Assembly: GCA_913046035.1 (NCBI GenBank)
Contig: CAJWSW010000007.1
Coordinates: 5,116-69,115, forward strand
Source of the DNA: an uncultured Alphaproteobacteria bacterium
GTDB taxonomy: Bacteria > Pseudomonadota > Alphaproteobacteria > MPNO01 > UBA830
Length of the DNA stretch: 64,000 bases
Direction: 5' to 3'
Shown: positions 20,548 to 30,411 of the stretch, one piece after another
How the letters are laid out: every line of letters starts with the position of its first letter
Position numbering within the stretch: position 1 is the stretch's first letter
The notes under the pieces: model-generated
Databases searched by the model: none
What the model saw: only the letters and a program-made list of their open reading frames with translations
What the model was told of the DNA's origin: nothing
Program-made: the position numbers and the translations under genes

Positions 20548-20969
20548 TCATCGTTTCCAATAGGGCGGCCTCGCAACCTCTTAATCCTGCCTCGCCGAAG
20601 TTTCTCATCAGCGCGCCGTTTCCTCGCCGCCTTGCCAGGTTTTGTTGGAACACGATGCTTGGGTCGCATAGACGCCTCTTCAATCATATTAAGGAGCCTT
20701 TCCAACGCGTCGCGACGATTAGCATACTGAGTACGATAGCGGTCAGCCGTAATTACTATTTTACCATCCTTGGTCCGCCTACTTCCTGCATTACGGAGCA
20801 GCCTTTGCCGGACACATTCAGAAAGCGAGGTTGACTTGCAAACATCAAAGTGCAGTTGCACCGCTGTCGCGACCTTATTAACGTTCTGACCACCCGGGCC
20901 GCCAGCACGTATAAACCTCTCTTGGATTTCGTCCTCTCGTATCGATAGTTTGTCATTAATCCGTATCAT
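20544..20969 (-). CDS. arfB: Alternative ribosome-rescue factor (peptidyl-tRNA hydrolase ArfB/YaeJ)
   Basis: GGQ motif (AGGPGGQNVNKV), basic C-terminal tail, about 141 aa from MIRINDKL. Confidence 0.85.
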   Translation of the reverse strand: MIRINDKLSIREDEIQERFIRAGGPGGQNVNKVATAVQLHFDVCKSTSLSECVRQRLLRNAGSRRTKDGKIVITADRYRTQYANRRDALERLLNMIEEASMRPKHRVPTKPGKAARKRRADEKLRRGRIKRLRGRPIGNDE

Positions 20970-21262
20970 TGGCTTATTGTACAACGTCATTTGATTGCGC
21001 GTTACTTGAGATACCAAACCCTATCATTAAAGATCCGAAACTATATCTCATCAACGACGGCATAATACCGCGACCCAAACTGATGCCACATCCCCCAAAC
21101 CAAGAAAACCACCTTCGCAATTAGCAGTAGAGCAAGATTTGACGCAACACGTCGATTTAATACGCTGGAGGAAGTCTCTCTTTGGTATCGACAACTACAT
21201 TAACTAGATACGAGGAGGATACCGAGACAACCTACAAATCGATATTCAATCAGAAATACTTC

Positions 21263-22009
21263 TCAATCTAGCGCCTGCAGAAGCCCTTTATCAATTCTGC
21301 CTGCCAATTTTCGACCCTCCAACGATTTGATATTAGCCGGCGCCTTAGGCCCGCCATCAATGCAGGCATCACAGGCATTGATACTAGTAAATGGCACAGG
21401 AACAGTTTGCATCGCGGCTTCTAGGCGCTTTAGATCCTCGTCATTTTCAGGTTCGAGAGGTGCACTATTTAAAAGCATTTCGGCTGCCTTCGCGTCATCC
21501 CCGCCGGCCTTACGGCGAAGTATATCAAGCCATATAGCCTGGTATTCGGCAGCGCGATGATAATGAGCACAGACACAACATTCTGGGTAATTTAAGAGCC
21601 GCGCTTCCTGCTCAACTGTGACCACAGCGGTCTCACAGATATCAGCCACTTCATCCGCTACTGCTCGGGCACGACAAATGTACCACGCGCGATGCTCAGC
21701 GAACGCGGCGCGGGTATGTTCGAGATACCAATCCGGGAGTTTGGCACCGGCGCCGGCATCGGCACTAGCATCCCAGAAAGGACCCTCGATGATCTGCAGT
21801 TTGGCATCAGACGCGATCTGCAACACTCCTTTAATCCAGTTCTGTTCGTTATAACCGCGGCCAAGCAGCATCACTGGCTTTTCGCCCGCCGCCATCGACA
21901 AAAAGTCCAGCGCTTCCTGTGCTCTGATTTCGGAGTTCTGCTCTGCAATTATTAAACGATTGAGTTTCTTAAGCGTATTCCGAAGACGGGATTTGTTCTG
22001 CAGGGCCAT
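21263..22009 (-). CDS. Hypothetical Cys-rich protein
   Basis: 248 aa, no recognisable family. Cys groups CCVCAHYH and CDACIDGG. Confidence 0.5.
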   Translation of the reverse strand: MALQNKSRLRNTLKKLNRLIIAEQNSEIRAQEALDFLSMAAGEKPVMLLGRGYNEQNWIKGVLQIASDAKLQIIEGPFWDASADAGAGAKLPDWYLEHTRAAFAEHRAWYICRARAVADEVADICETAVVTVEQEARLLNYPECCVCAHYHRAAEYQAIWLDILRRKAGGDDAKAAEMLLNSAPLEPENDEDLKRLEAAMQTVPVPFTSINACDACIDGGPKAPANIKSLEGRKLAGRIDKGLLQALD

Positions 22010-22166
22010 GGCAGAGCTATAACAATGCCATCACTCCCGCGAAAGGAGGAATTTACAGAGGATATCGACACGGCGTCGTGACCCAAAAGTTTTTCAAATG
22101 CGTTACGAATAAAACATTAGCCGCTAGGGGGAACCAGGCTTGAAACACCTGTTGTGAAAATTCGAT

Positions 22167-23693
22167 CTAACCTGCCTCCTTAGACCTGCCTCGAGACAGC
22201 AACACGACAAGGGGCACTGATATTACTGCGCCTATAAAAATCAATTTAAAATCATTCAGGAAACCAATTGCCATCGCCTGACGGGCTATCTCGGCATCAA
22301 GCAACCTCAGGCCATCGACCGTGAAAATGTCCCACTGCGACGGCAGATAAGGTGGCTGCATCACTTCATTGTACGGGTTTGTGCGTTCAGACAGATAAGC
22401 GTGACTGGTCGATTGGGTCCGTGACAGCACGCTAATGACAATTGAGACACCAATGCCGCTTCCATAGTTGCGGAATAGACTGGTAAAGGTGGATGCCTCC
22501 GTCCGGAGATGCTCCGCTAGTGTCCAAAACGAAACTGCGGTAAGCGGCACAAAAATAAGCCCAATCCCGATACCGTTGAAAAATGCCGCAAAAACAAACA
22601 TCCATATACCGACATCAGTAGTGAAAGTTGAGAATAGCCATGCCGAATAAGCAGTGGATGCAAAGCCGATAGCAATCTGTAGGCGCGGGTCCATCCTACC
22701 GCTAAGTTTACCGGCCAGAATGAGCCCAAATAGTGAGCCTAGTCCACGCGGCATCATAACCAACGCCGCAGTCAAGATTGGATAACCCCGCGCGTTCTGC
22801 AGAAACAAAGGCATAATCACATTCATGGAAAGCACCAAAATACCTAACAAAAACATGAAAAATAAGCCCAACATGTAATTGCGATCGGTCAGAATCGCAG
22901 GGGTAATGAATGGGTTTTTTGTCGTTGTGCTATGAGCAACGAAAAGGTAAAGGGCAAGCCCAATTATAACTGCCGTAGCGACAATCAAATCAGAGCCAAA
23001 CCAACCCTCGCCTTCGCCCCGATCCAACATGAACTGCGTTGCCGCTAATGCGATCGCAAGCGCGATAAATCCAAAAATATCGAAGCGTCGTTCGAGATTT
23101 TTTGGCGTCTCTCTGATAAAAAAAATCGCTCCCAAAATACCAAGCAAAGAAAATGGCATCGAAACATAAAACACCCAGCGCCAACTGTATTCGTCGGTTA
23201 GCCAGCCTCCAATAACAGGACCCATCACCGGCGCAAACATCACCCCCATACCCCAAATAGACATCGCCTGTGCGTGGCGCTCTCTGGGATAGGAATCCAG
23301 CATAAGGGCTTGGCTTATTGGCACCACAGGTGCAGAAAACATACCCTGCAAGCCACGGTAGATCATTATCTCTTCAATGGAGGTGGCATTCCCTGAGAGC
23401 ACAGAGCATATAGCAAAACCAATCAGAGAGAAGATATAGAGCTTCTTTCGACCAAACCGCCCAGCTAACCAGCCAGTAGCCGACATGGTGATTGCTTGCA
23501 TCATAAAATAGGTGGTCATTACCCAGGAAACCTGGTCCTGGCTAGCACTCAGTCCTCCTTGCATGTGCGGTAATGCAATAGTCGCAATAGTCATATCGAT
23601 GATCACGACAGTGGTCGCCATCATTACCGAAGCCGTGACCATATTTCGCTTGAACGCCTTGGAACGTTCGTCAGGTGGGAGGTCGGCAATCAT
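22167..23693 (-). CDS. emrB: MFS transporter, DHA2 (EmrB/QacA) family, 14 TMS
   Basis: 508 aa with typical DHA2 motifs, downstream of the HlyD-family gene. Confidence 0.8.
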   Translation of the reverse strand: MIADLPPDERSKAFKRNMVTASVMMATTVVIIDMTIATIALPHMQGGLSASQDQVSWVMTTYFMMQAITMSATGWLAGRFGRKKLYIFSLIGFAICSVLSGNATSIEEIMIYRGLQGMFSAPVVPISQALMLDSYPRERHAQAMSIWGMGVMFAPVMGPVIGGWLTDEYSWRWVFYVSMPFSLLGILGAIFFIRETPKNLERRFDIFGFIALAIALAATQFMLDRGEGEGWFGSDLIVATAVIIGLALYLFVAHSTTTKNPFITPAILTDRNYMLGLFFMFLLGILVLSMNVIMPLFLQNARGYPILTAALVMMPRGLGSLFGLILAGKLSGRMDPRLQIAIGFASTAYSAWLFSTFTTDVGIWMFVFAAFFNGIGIGLIFVPLTAVSFWTLAEHLRTEASTFTSLFRNYGSGIGVSIVISVLSRTQSTSHAYLSERTNPYNEVMQPPYLPSQWDIFTVDGLRLLDAEIARQAMAIGFLNDFKLIFIGAVISVPLVVLLSRGRSKEAG

Positions 23694-23811
23694 CTCAACA
23701 CGACACTAATTCTCGGACACACCGACGTTCACAGGCTGTTTCCTATTGAGGCCATGAACATAAACGGTCGGCTGTAGCCAACTGAACCCGAGATGAAAGC
23801 GGCCACGAAGA

Positions 23812-24879
23812 CTAGTTATCCGCCATTTCAGCAACTGCGGCACCAATGGCTTGAAAAAGCGACCGATCACGCTCGGTATCGATGGAAACGGATACGGTCA
23901 TACCGGCACGCAGGGGTAAATCACTTTGGTTGTCTTCGATTTCAAGACGGACTGGCACCCTTTGGACGACTTTTACCCAGTTTCCACTTGCATTCTGGGG
24001 GGGCAGGACAGACAGTTCTGCGCCTGTAGATGGGCTGATTGACGATACTTGGGCTTTCCATTCATGATTTGGATAAGCATCGATTATCACCTGCGCAGTC
24101 TGTCCTGTGCGCAAATAGGTGAGCTGCGTCTCTTTAAGGTTGGCCTCAATCCATGTTTCTCCAGCTTGGACGATAGGTATGACAGCGTTTCCTTTCTTAA
24201 CATATTCGCCCACCTGCAAAGAAACCTTTCCCACGATGCCGCCTGCAGGTGCTGATATTCGCGTTCGACGTAAATTCAGCTCCGCCTGCTTACGTCGCGC
24301 CAACACCTCCAAAAACATCGGATGTTTTTCAGCAGGCATATCTAATTGGCCGCCAAGCTTAGCTCGGACCTGCTGGATTTTCTGACCAATAGTGCGGGTT
24401 GACTGCTGCGCCTGTGCAAGCTTGCGTTCAGCAGCATCATAATTAGCGCGTGATGCAACGCCTCGTTCGATGAGTTTTTTCTGCCGCTGGAACACTCGCC
24501 TATAATATCCCGCTTCCTGTTGGGCATCCTTCAATTCGGCTTCCGCGGTGCGATATTCGGCGCGCAACGCATTCAAATTGTTGCGGATCATGGCAAGCTC
24601 CGCCTCTGCCTTGGCAATTTCTATCCGATGTTCCTCGGCATCGAGTTCGAATAACAAGTCATCTTTCTCGACAACGTCATTTTCTCGGACAAGAACTCTC
24701 ACGGCGCGACCGTTGATATCAGAGCTAATCGCGAGGTGATGCGATTTGATATATGCATTTTCGGTGGATATGTAGCGGGTATTCTTAACCCAGTAATGAC
24801 CACCGGAAACGACTGCTACTGCGGGCACAACGAATAGCAGCGTAAAACGAGCAAGCCCACGTCGGCTTGTAAACCACAT
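23812..24879 (-). CDS. emrA: HlyD-family membrane fusion protein
   Basis: 355 aa with an N-terminal TM anchor and a long coiled-coil. Confidence 0.8.
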   Translation of the reverse strand: MWFTSRRGLARFTLLFVVPAVAVVSGGHYWVKNTRYISTENAYIKSHHLAISSDINGRAVRVLVRENDVVEKDDLLFELDAEEHRIEIAKAEAELAMIRNNLNALRAEYRTAEAELKDAQQEAGYYRRVFQRQKKLIERGVASRANYDAAERKLAQAQQSTRTIGQKIQQVRAKLGGQLDMPAEKHPMFLEVLARRKQAELNLRRTRISAPAGGIVGKVSLQVGEYVKKGNAVIPIVQAGETWIEANLKETQLTYLRTGQTAQVIIDAYPNHEWKAQVSSISPSTGAELSVLPPQNASGNWVKVVQRVPVRLEIEDNQSDLPLRAGMTVSVSIDTERDRSLFQAIGAAVAEMADN

Positions 24880-24881
24880 AT

Positions 24882-25373
24882 TTATTCCTCCACCGAACGT
24901 GTTTGTTCAAGCATCACTGAAAGATTACTTTTGATATTATTGAGGGTCCGATGCAAACGCTTCGCGTCGTCTTGGCTTACTCCCGCGAAAATGGCCATGA
25001 CAACCTTCTCTGCCTCACTCTGCATTTCCTCCAGCACCGGCCGCGCCGCCGGCGTTAAACAGACAATCTTTGAACGTGCGTCGTCTAGGTCCGGCTGCCG
25101 TTTGACCCAACCTTTTGCTTCCAAGCGTTCGATGAGCTTACCGAGCGTTGGTTTTTCAATTTCAAGCGCAATTGCAAGTTCAGTCTGCGTGCAGCTTTTC
25201 ATGCGGTTTAGTCTCGTCATGACGCGCCACTGCGCCCGTGTTAGTCCCAATGGCTCGACCCGGCGATCGTAAACAGTGCGGATCATACGCGACACATCTC
25301 CAATCAGGTATCCTATAGGATCGATCTGCGGCGGTCGGTATCCTGTTTGATTTTTCCGGTCTACACCATTCAC
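24882..25373 (-). CDS. MarR-family transcriptional regulator
   Basis: 163 aa winged-HTH, first gene of a marR-emrA-emrB-like operon. Confidence 0.85.
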   Translation of the reverse strand: MNGVDRKNQTGYRPPQIDPIGYLIGDVSRMIRTVYDRRVEPLGLTRAQWRVMTRLNRMKSCTQTELAIALEIEKPTLGKLIERLEAKGWVKRQPDLDDARSKIVCLTPAARPVLEEMQSEAEKVVMAIFAGVSQDDAKRLHRTLNNIKSNLSVMLEQTRSVEE

Positions 25374-25396
25374 AAAGCTTTTCCCGAATAACGTGT

Positions 25397-25434
25397 GTAT
25401 AGTAAGTTAACTTACTATAAGTTAGCTTACTATA
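25397..25434. promoter_or_regulatory. Perfect 22 bp palindrome plus adjacent half-site repeat; candidate MarR operator
   Basis: TATAGTAAGTTAACTTACTATA (25397..25418) is its own reverse complement. It is followed by AGTTAGCTTACTATA, a near-copy of the half-site. It sits 24 bp upstream of the marR start. Confidence 0.6.
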
Positions 25435-25763
25435 CAATCCATATAATTCAATGAGCGCCACTCAAAATTGCGCGCATTTCATAACTTTAGTTATGACGGT
25501 GTTTACCGTTCGAATTCGCAAACTAACAAAGCCCCTAGGAAAACGGGATCAAATCTATATTGAACTCAAATGGCGATAACACCGCGCGGTCTTAAGCAAA
25601 AGCGATCAATCTCCAAAAAATATCTGGGAAATCTCATCACACACTTCAATCTTAAAACCGTGCCATTTAGGATAAAGCGCTAAAATTTACACTAAGTGTA
25701 CGCATACTTATATAAATCCCCTATAATTAAGATAAACTGATAGAGGTAAAATCGGATAAAGCG

Positions 25764-26639
25764 ATGGAAATCATATCGCTATCAAGCGCAATTGGGGCCG
25801 AAATTCGAGGGGTTGACCTTTCAAAGGGCCTGGATACGGCGCAGGCTTCGGCTATAGAGAAGGCGTGGTACGACCATATAGTCCTTCTGTTTCGTAACCA
25901 GGATCTCAGCATAGAGGCACACAAAGCATTCGCGTCCTGTTTCGGCGAAATTGCTCGACACGAGCGGCCAAAGGCAATCCGCAATGAAGCGGCAGAGTTA
26001 GGGCCAAACGTTATGCTAGTCTCCAACATCCGAGAAAACGGCAAACCAATTGGTTCACTCCCCGACGGCGAGATGATGTTCCACTCCGATACGCCCTATC
26101 GAGAACATCCAGATAAAGCGACCACCTTGTACGCCATGGAAATCCCGTCTCATGGCGGTAACACCAAATTTGCAAACTGCTATTTAGCCGCTGAGACCTT
26201 ACCGGATGATGTGAAGGCAACACTTTCGGGCCGCAAAGCCATTCAAGTTTTCGAGTATGGCGCCGTTACGAAAGAAGGAAAATTTGACCGCGAAAATGGC
26301 CGCTGGTGGGCCCAACCAGTCTTCCGAAAACATCCGGTAACGGGCAAGACCTCATTATATGTCAGCGAGTTAATGACCGAAGAAGTCGAGGGCTTGGGGG
26401 AGGAAGAAGGACGTGCTCTGCTAGATTTCCTGTTCAAACACCAGGCACAGGAAAAATTCCAATACGAACATGTTTGGCTTCCAGGTGATTTAGTAATGTG
26501 GGACAACCGCTGCAGCATCCACGCCCGCACAGATTTCCCGGAAACCGAGCGACGCAAACTACGCCGAATGACCATTAAAGATGACCACCCGGTGCTCATG
26601 GGTGAACCACCGGGGCTGAGAACGGTAGCTGCCGAATGA
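25764..26639 (+). CDS. TauD/TfdA-family Fe(II)/2-oxoglutarate dioxygenase (paralog 1)
   Basis: 291 aa with FHSDTPY (HxD) ... HARTDF motifs. Confidence 0.85.
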   Translation: MEIISLSSAIGAEIRGVDLSKGLDTAQASAIEKAWYDHIVLLFRNQDLSIEAHKAFASCFGEIARHERPKAIRNEAAELGPNVMLVSNIRENGKPIGSLPDGEMMFHSDTPYREHPDKATTLYAMEIPSHGGNTKFANCYLAAETLPDDVKATLSGRKAIQVFEYGAVTKEGKFDRENGRWWAQPVFRKHPVTGKTSLYVSELMTEEVEGLGEEEGRALLDFLFKHQAQEKFQYEHVWLPGDLVMWDNRCSIHARTDFPETERRKLRRMTIKDDHPVLMGEPPGLRTVAAE

Positions 26640-27496
26640 CAAAAACCACGGCAGGATTGGATATACAGCCCCTCTCTGAAGTAATTGGCGCCGAAGTCAA
26701 CGGCATCGACCTGTCGGAACCGCTAGACAGTGATACCGTTGCCGCCATTACCGACGCGTGGCATGAACACATTGTACTACTGTTTCGAGACCAGGAAATT
26801 GACGCCGACCAGCAAATCGCTTTCGCGGAAAATTTTGGTGATGTCGGTGTGAGGTCTCGACCCGCCGAGCGCCGTCCCGAGGGCGCGGATTACAATGCCT
26901 CAATAATGCTCGTCTCTAACGTTAAGAAGAATGGCGAATATATTGGGTCATTGCCGGACGGAGAAATGTGGTTTCACCATGACATGTGCTACGACAAAGC
27001 TCCACACAAAGGTACATTTCTTTACGCGATGGAACTACCTTCTAAAGGCGGAAATACTCTATTCGCAAACATGTATTCGGCTTACGAAAAGCTGTCGGAA
27101 AATACAAAAGAACGCATTCTAGGAAAGCGTGCACTGCAGATTTACGATTTTGCAACGCGCGAGACAGTAGATATCTCAGACGATATTTCAAAATACAAAC
27201 ACGAAGTCCAGCCGGTTACTATCACCCATCCTGTCACAGGACGCCGAGCGCTTTACGTAAATCCGCTAATTACTGCCCGAATAGAAGATATGCCCGATAG
27301 CGACAGCCGTACGATGCTAGACGAACTCTTTGCTTTTGCGAATGACAAATCAATTGCGTACGAGCACGTCTGGAAAAAGGGCGATTTAATGATGTGGGAC
27401 AACTGGTGTTCGTGCCACGCGCGTACCGACTTTTCAGCCAGTGAGAGGAGGATGCTCCGCCGCTGTACGGTAAAGGGACAGCAGCTGTACGAATAG
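26636..27496 (+). CDS. TauD/TfdA-family Fe(II)/2-oxoglutarate dioxygenase (paralog 2)
   Basis: 286 aa with FHHDMCY ... HARTDF. ATGA-coupled to paralog 1. Confidence 0.85.
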   Translation: MTKTTAGLDIQPLSEVIGAEVNGIDLSEPLDSDTVAAITDAWHEHIVLLFRDQEIDADQQIAFAENFGDVGVRSRPAERRPEGADYNASIMLVSNVKKNGEYIGSLPDGEMWFHHDMCYDKAPHKGTFLYAMELPSKGGNTLFANMYSAYEKLSENTKERILGKRALQIYDFATRETVDISDDISKYKHEVQPVTITHPVTGRRALYVNPLITARIEDMPDSDSRTMLDELFAFANDKSIAYEHVWKKGDLMMWDNWCSCHARTDFSASERRMLRRCTVKGQQLYE

Positions 27497-27507
27497 GGAG
27501 ACACGAA

Positions 27508-28353
27508 TTGGCATTAAAGATAAATAAGCTATCAGAACATATTGGCGCCGAAATCCGAGAAATTGACCTTAACCTAGATCAAAGCCCAGAAACTATTGCC
27601 CTGATCAACCAAGCTTGGTTCGATAACATAATACTCTTGTTCCGTGGCCAGCACTTAGACGCAGAGCGACAGCTTGTCGTCACTAGCTGGTTTGGTGAAC
27701 CAGGGAAAGTCGCCCGGCCTAAGAAGTTTCACCCAAAAGGGTACGACAAACTCCCGGAGGGCATCATGCTAATTTCCAATATACGAGAAAACGGCGAACC
27801 CATCGGAGCATTGCCTGATGGCGAGATGATGTTTCACCATGACATGATGCATGCCGAACTACCACACAAGGCGACGATGCTAAACGCAGTTGAGATCCCC
27901 TCTCACGGCGGCAATACCCTTTTTGCAAGCGGATATGCCGCTTACGATACTCTGCCAGATGAACTTCGCCTGCCACTAGAAGGGCGTAAAGCATTTCATC
28001 ATTATAATTACGGCTCCGTTCAGAAGGGGGATAACAAAGGAACACCTGCGTTTTCTGAATCTGTTCATCCGGTATTCCGCACCCACGATAATACCGGCAA
28101 AAAAGCAATTTATGTCAACCGCCTAATGACTGAAGGCGTGGTCGACATGGATCAAGACCAAGCAACAAAGCTATTGAATGCAGTCTTTGATCACGCCGAA
28201 GAAGCAAGGTTTGTATACGAGCACGAATGGCGAGTAGGCGATCTTCTTTTGTGGGACAATAGGTGTTCTATGCACGCCCGAACCGACTTTCCGGAAACAG
28301 AACGCCGGCTGCTTTTGCGCACTACAGTGCTAGGCGACGCGAAACCGTTTTAG
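27508..28353 (+). CDS. TauD/TfdA-family Fe(II)/2-oxoglutarate dioxygenase (paralog 3)
   Basis: 281 aa with FHHDMMH ... HARTDF. TTG start preceded by AGGGAGA. Confidence 0.8.
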   Translation: MALKINKLSEHIGAEIREIDLNLDQSPETIALINQAWFDNIILLFRGQHLDAERQLVVTSWFGEPGKVARPKKFHPKGYDKLPEGIMLISNIRENGEPIGALPDGEMMFHHDMMHAELPHKATMLNAVEIPSHGGNTLFASGYAAYDTLPDELRLPLEGRKAFHHYNYGSVQKGDNKGTPAFSESVHPVFRTHDNTGKKAIYVNRLMTEGVVDMDQDQATKLLNAVFDHAEEARFVYEHEWRVGDLLLWDNRCSMHARTDFPETERRLLLRTTVLGDAKPF

Positions 28354-28367
28354 GAAGTACACACGAA

Positions 28368-29177
28368 ATGCTCAAGATTCTTACAGAAGATCAAGTTACT
28401 GCGTGGCACTCTGATGGATGCATATTCCCAGTCCGCGCAGTAGACCCCGAAAAGGCGCAGGACAATCTTAAGCGGTATCTAGAGCTTGAACAAAAGATCG
28501 GCGAAGAGCCGCAGAACCGTTTCAAGATAAAAGCACATTTACCATTCCCCTGGATGTGGGACATTATTCGCAACAAAAATATCCTCGACGCTGTGGAAGA
28601 CATAATTGGTCCCGACATCCTCTGTTGGGGTTCATCGTTTTTCACCAAAAATGCTCATGACAAACGCTTTGTCTCTTGGCACCAAGATTCTACCTATTAT
28701 GGACTGTCGGAGCGAGCAACCCTCAGCGTCTGGTACGCGTTTAGCCCATCGAATATAGAATCGGGATGTATGCGTTTTATTCCGGGAACCCACAATCAAG
28801 GTCTCTACGAACATGATGAAACTGGCAATTCTGACAACTTACTTATGAAGGGCCAAACTATTAACGGCGTCGATGAAGAGAAAGCCGTTGACGTTGTTCT
28901 CGATCCCGGCGAATTCTCCATCCACCACGAAGCGGTGGTGCATGGATCCAATCCCAACAACGCCAACCACCCGCGCATCGGTATATCAATTCACTATATC
29001 GCGCCACATGTGCATCAAGTGTTATTGAAAAATGCAACCGCAACCCTCGTCCGCGGCGCAGATCGCCATGGTCACTGGGCAGAAGACCCGGAACCAAAGG
29101 AAGATTTCGATCCTGTTTGCCTAAAAGCGCTTGACGCGACCTATGGTGAATATCTGACTGGAGCCGGAAAGTATTGA
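28368..29177 (+). CDS. Phytanoyl-CoA dioxygenase (PhyH)-family Fe(II)/2OG oxygenase (paralog 1)
   Basis: WHQDSTYYG ... HHEAVVHGS motifs. Start moved to the ATG at 28368 to avoid overlapping the upstream gene. Confidence 0.8.
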   Translation: MLKILTEDQVTAWHSDGCIFPVRAVDPEKAQDNLKRYLELEQKIGEEPQNRFKIKAHLPFPWMWDIIRNKNILDAVEDIIGPDILCWGSSFFTKNAHDKRFVSWHQDSTYYGLSERATLSVWYAFSPSNIESGCMRFIPGTHNQGLYEHDETGNSDNLLMKGQTINGVDEEKAVDVVLDPGEFSIHHEAVVHGSNPNNANHPRIGISIHYIAPHVHQVLLKNATATLVRGADRHGHWAEDPEPKEDFDPVCLKALDATYGEYLTGAGKY

Positions 29178-29293
29178 CGTTGCCCTATAACAGAACCGCG
29201 CCGTTTGAAACACCGATTAGAGTAACCCCTAGTGGGTAAAATCTCCCAGCGCTTAACTAGTCCCGCGAACGTATCAACCCCACAAATTCAGCG

Positions 29294-30109
29294 ATGTTAA
29301 AATTCTTGAGCGACGAACAGCTTTCCAACTGGAAACGCGATGGAGCAGTCTGGCCCATCGACCTGCTAACGACTGCTGAGGTTAACGATTTGGCACAACG
29401 GCTTGAAATTCTCGAGGCCTCCATTGGGGTCGAGGCGCAATCTAAATTTCGCATCAAAGCCCACCTACCTTTTCCGTGGCTTTGGGACTTAATTCGAAAT
29501 CCGCGGCTCGCCGATATCATTGAAGACCTTTTGGGCCCTAATATCGTGTGTTGGGGTTCATCTTTTTTTACCAAGAAACCCCATGACCCGCGTTTCGTTT
29601 CCTGGCACCAGGACTCAACCTATTATGGGCTAGAACCACCAGAGTCGATAACAGCCTGGGTCGCATTCACCCCAGCCAACGCGTTGTCTGGTTGTATGAG
29701 AATCATTCCAGGTAGTTACAAAGGCGACGCAATTCTACCGCACGAAGAAACCTTCGGGAAAAACAACTTATTGTCACGTGGCCAAACGATACTCGGCATC
29801 GACGAAAGTGCAGCGGTCGAAATGCCGCTGCAACCCGGTCAAATATCCGTCCACCACAACAAAACGATACACTCTTCTAGACCCAACAAAGCCGATTGGC
29901 CGCGCGTCGGGTTCGCAATCCATTTTACAACTACAGACGTCCATCAAACTCAGTTTGCCAACCCTCTGGCCATCCATATCCGAGGCGACGATCCGGAGGG
30001 TAATTGGATCGAAGATCCGTACCCAGAATATGAATTATCACCGGCGAGTGTGAAGGCTTGCGAAGATTATTGTAAAAGATACCGCTCGGCGATAGCGGCG
30101 CGAATCTAG
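29294..30109 (+). CDS. PhyH-family Fe(II)/2OG oxygenase (paralog 2)
   Basis: 271 aa, clearly paralogous to the previous gene (KAHLPFPW[ML]WD[IL]IRN, WHQDSTYYG). Confidence 0.8.
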   Translation: MLKFLSDEQLSNWKRDGAVWPIDLLTTAEVNDLAQRLEILEASIGVEAQSKFRIKAHLPFPWLWDLIRNPRLADIIEDLLGPNIVCWGSSFFTKKPHDPRFVSWHQDSTYYGLEPPESITAWVAFTPANALSGCMRIIPGSYKGDAILPHEETFGKNNLLSRGQTILGIDESAAVEMPLQPGQISVHHNKTIHSSRPNKADWPRVGFAIHFTTTDVHQTQFANPLAIHIRGDDPEGNWIEDPYPEYELSPASVKACEDYCKRYRSAIAARI

Positions 30110-30411
30110 AAGCAATGGTCCTGTAAATTGCAGGACGCAAAATCAAACTTTGGTTTTTAAACGTAACGGCCTTTTACTACAGCACACGCGGGACCTGTCG
30201 CTTCATTGCCTTAAAATACAAAACAAGCTAATCACTTCGCACCGCTGTTAATAGCGCAACACCATAGTAGTCTGGCACGCTAATTCTATAACTCTTCATG
30301 AACGTCGAGACATTTTTTTATTTAAACTGTGCCGGAGACCCGGCTGCCCGCGGCATCGTGTTCAAGAAGTTTTTCCTCAACACCCAGCACCGCATGCTTT
30401 AGCCTGGAGCC

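Noticed and set aside
25764-28353. Considered whether the three TauD genes are a recent tandem amplification / repeat element
   Set aside because: The protein sequences differ throughout apart from catalytic motifs. They are ancient paralogs, not a repeat.
28263-28367. 35-codon N-terminal extension of the first PhyH gene
   Set aside because: It overlaps the end of TauD paralog 3. PhyH homology and paralog-2 alignment begin at MLKILTEDQ / MLKFLSDEQ.
30117-30137. GGTCCTG-7nt-CAGGACg hairpin right after the second PhyH stop as a terminator
   Set aside because: Stem is only 6 bp with a mismatch and no following U-tract, too weak to call.
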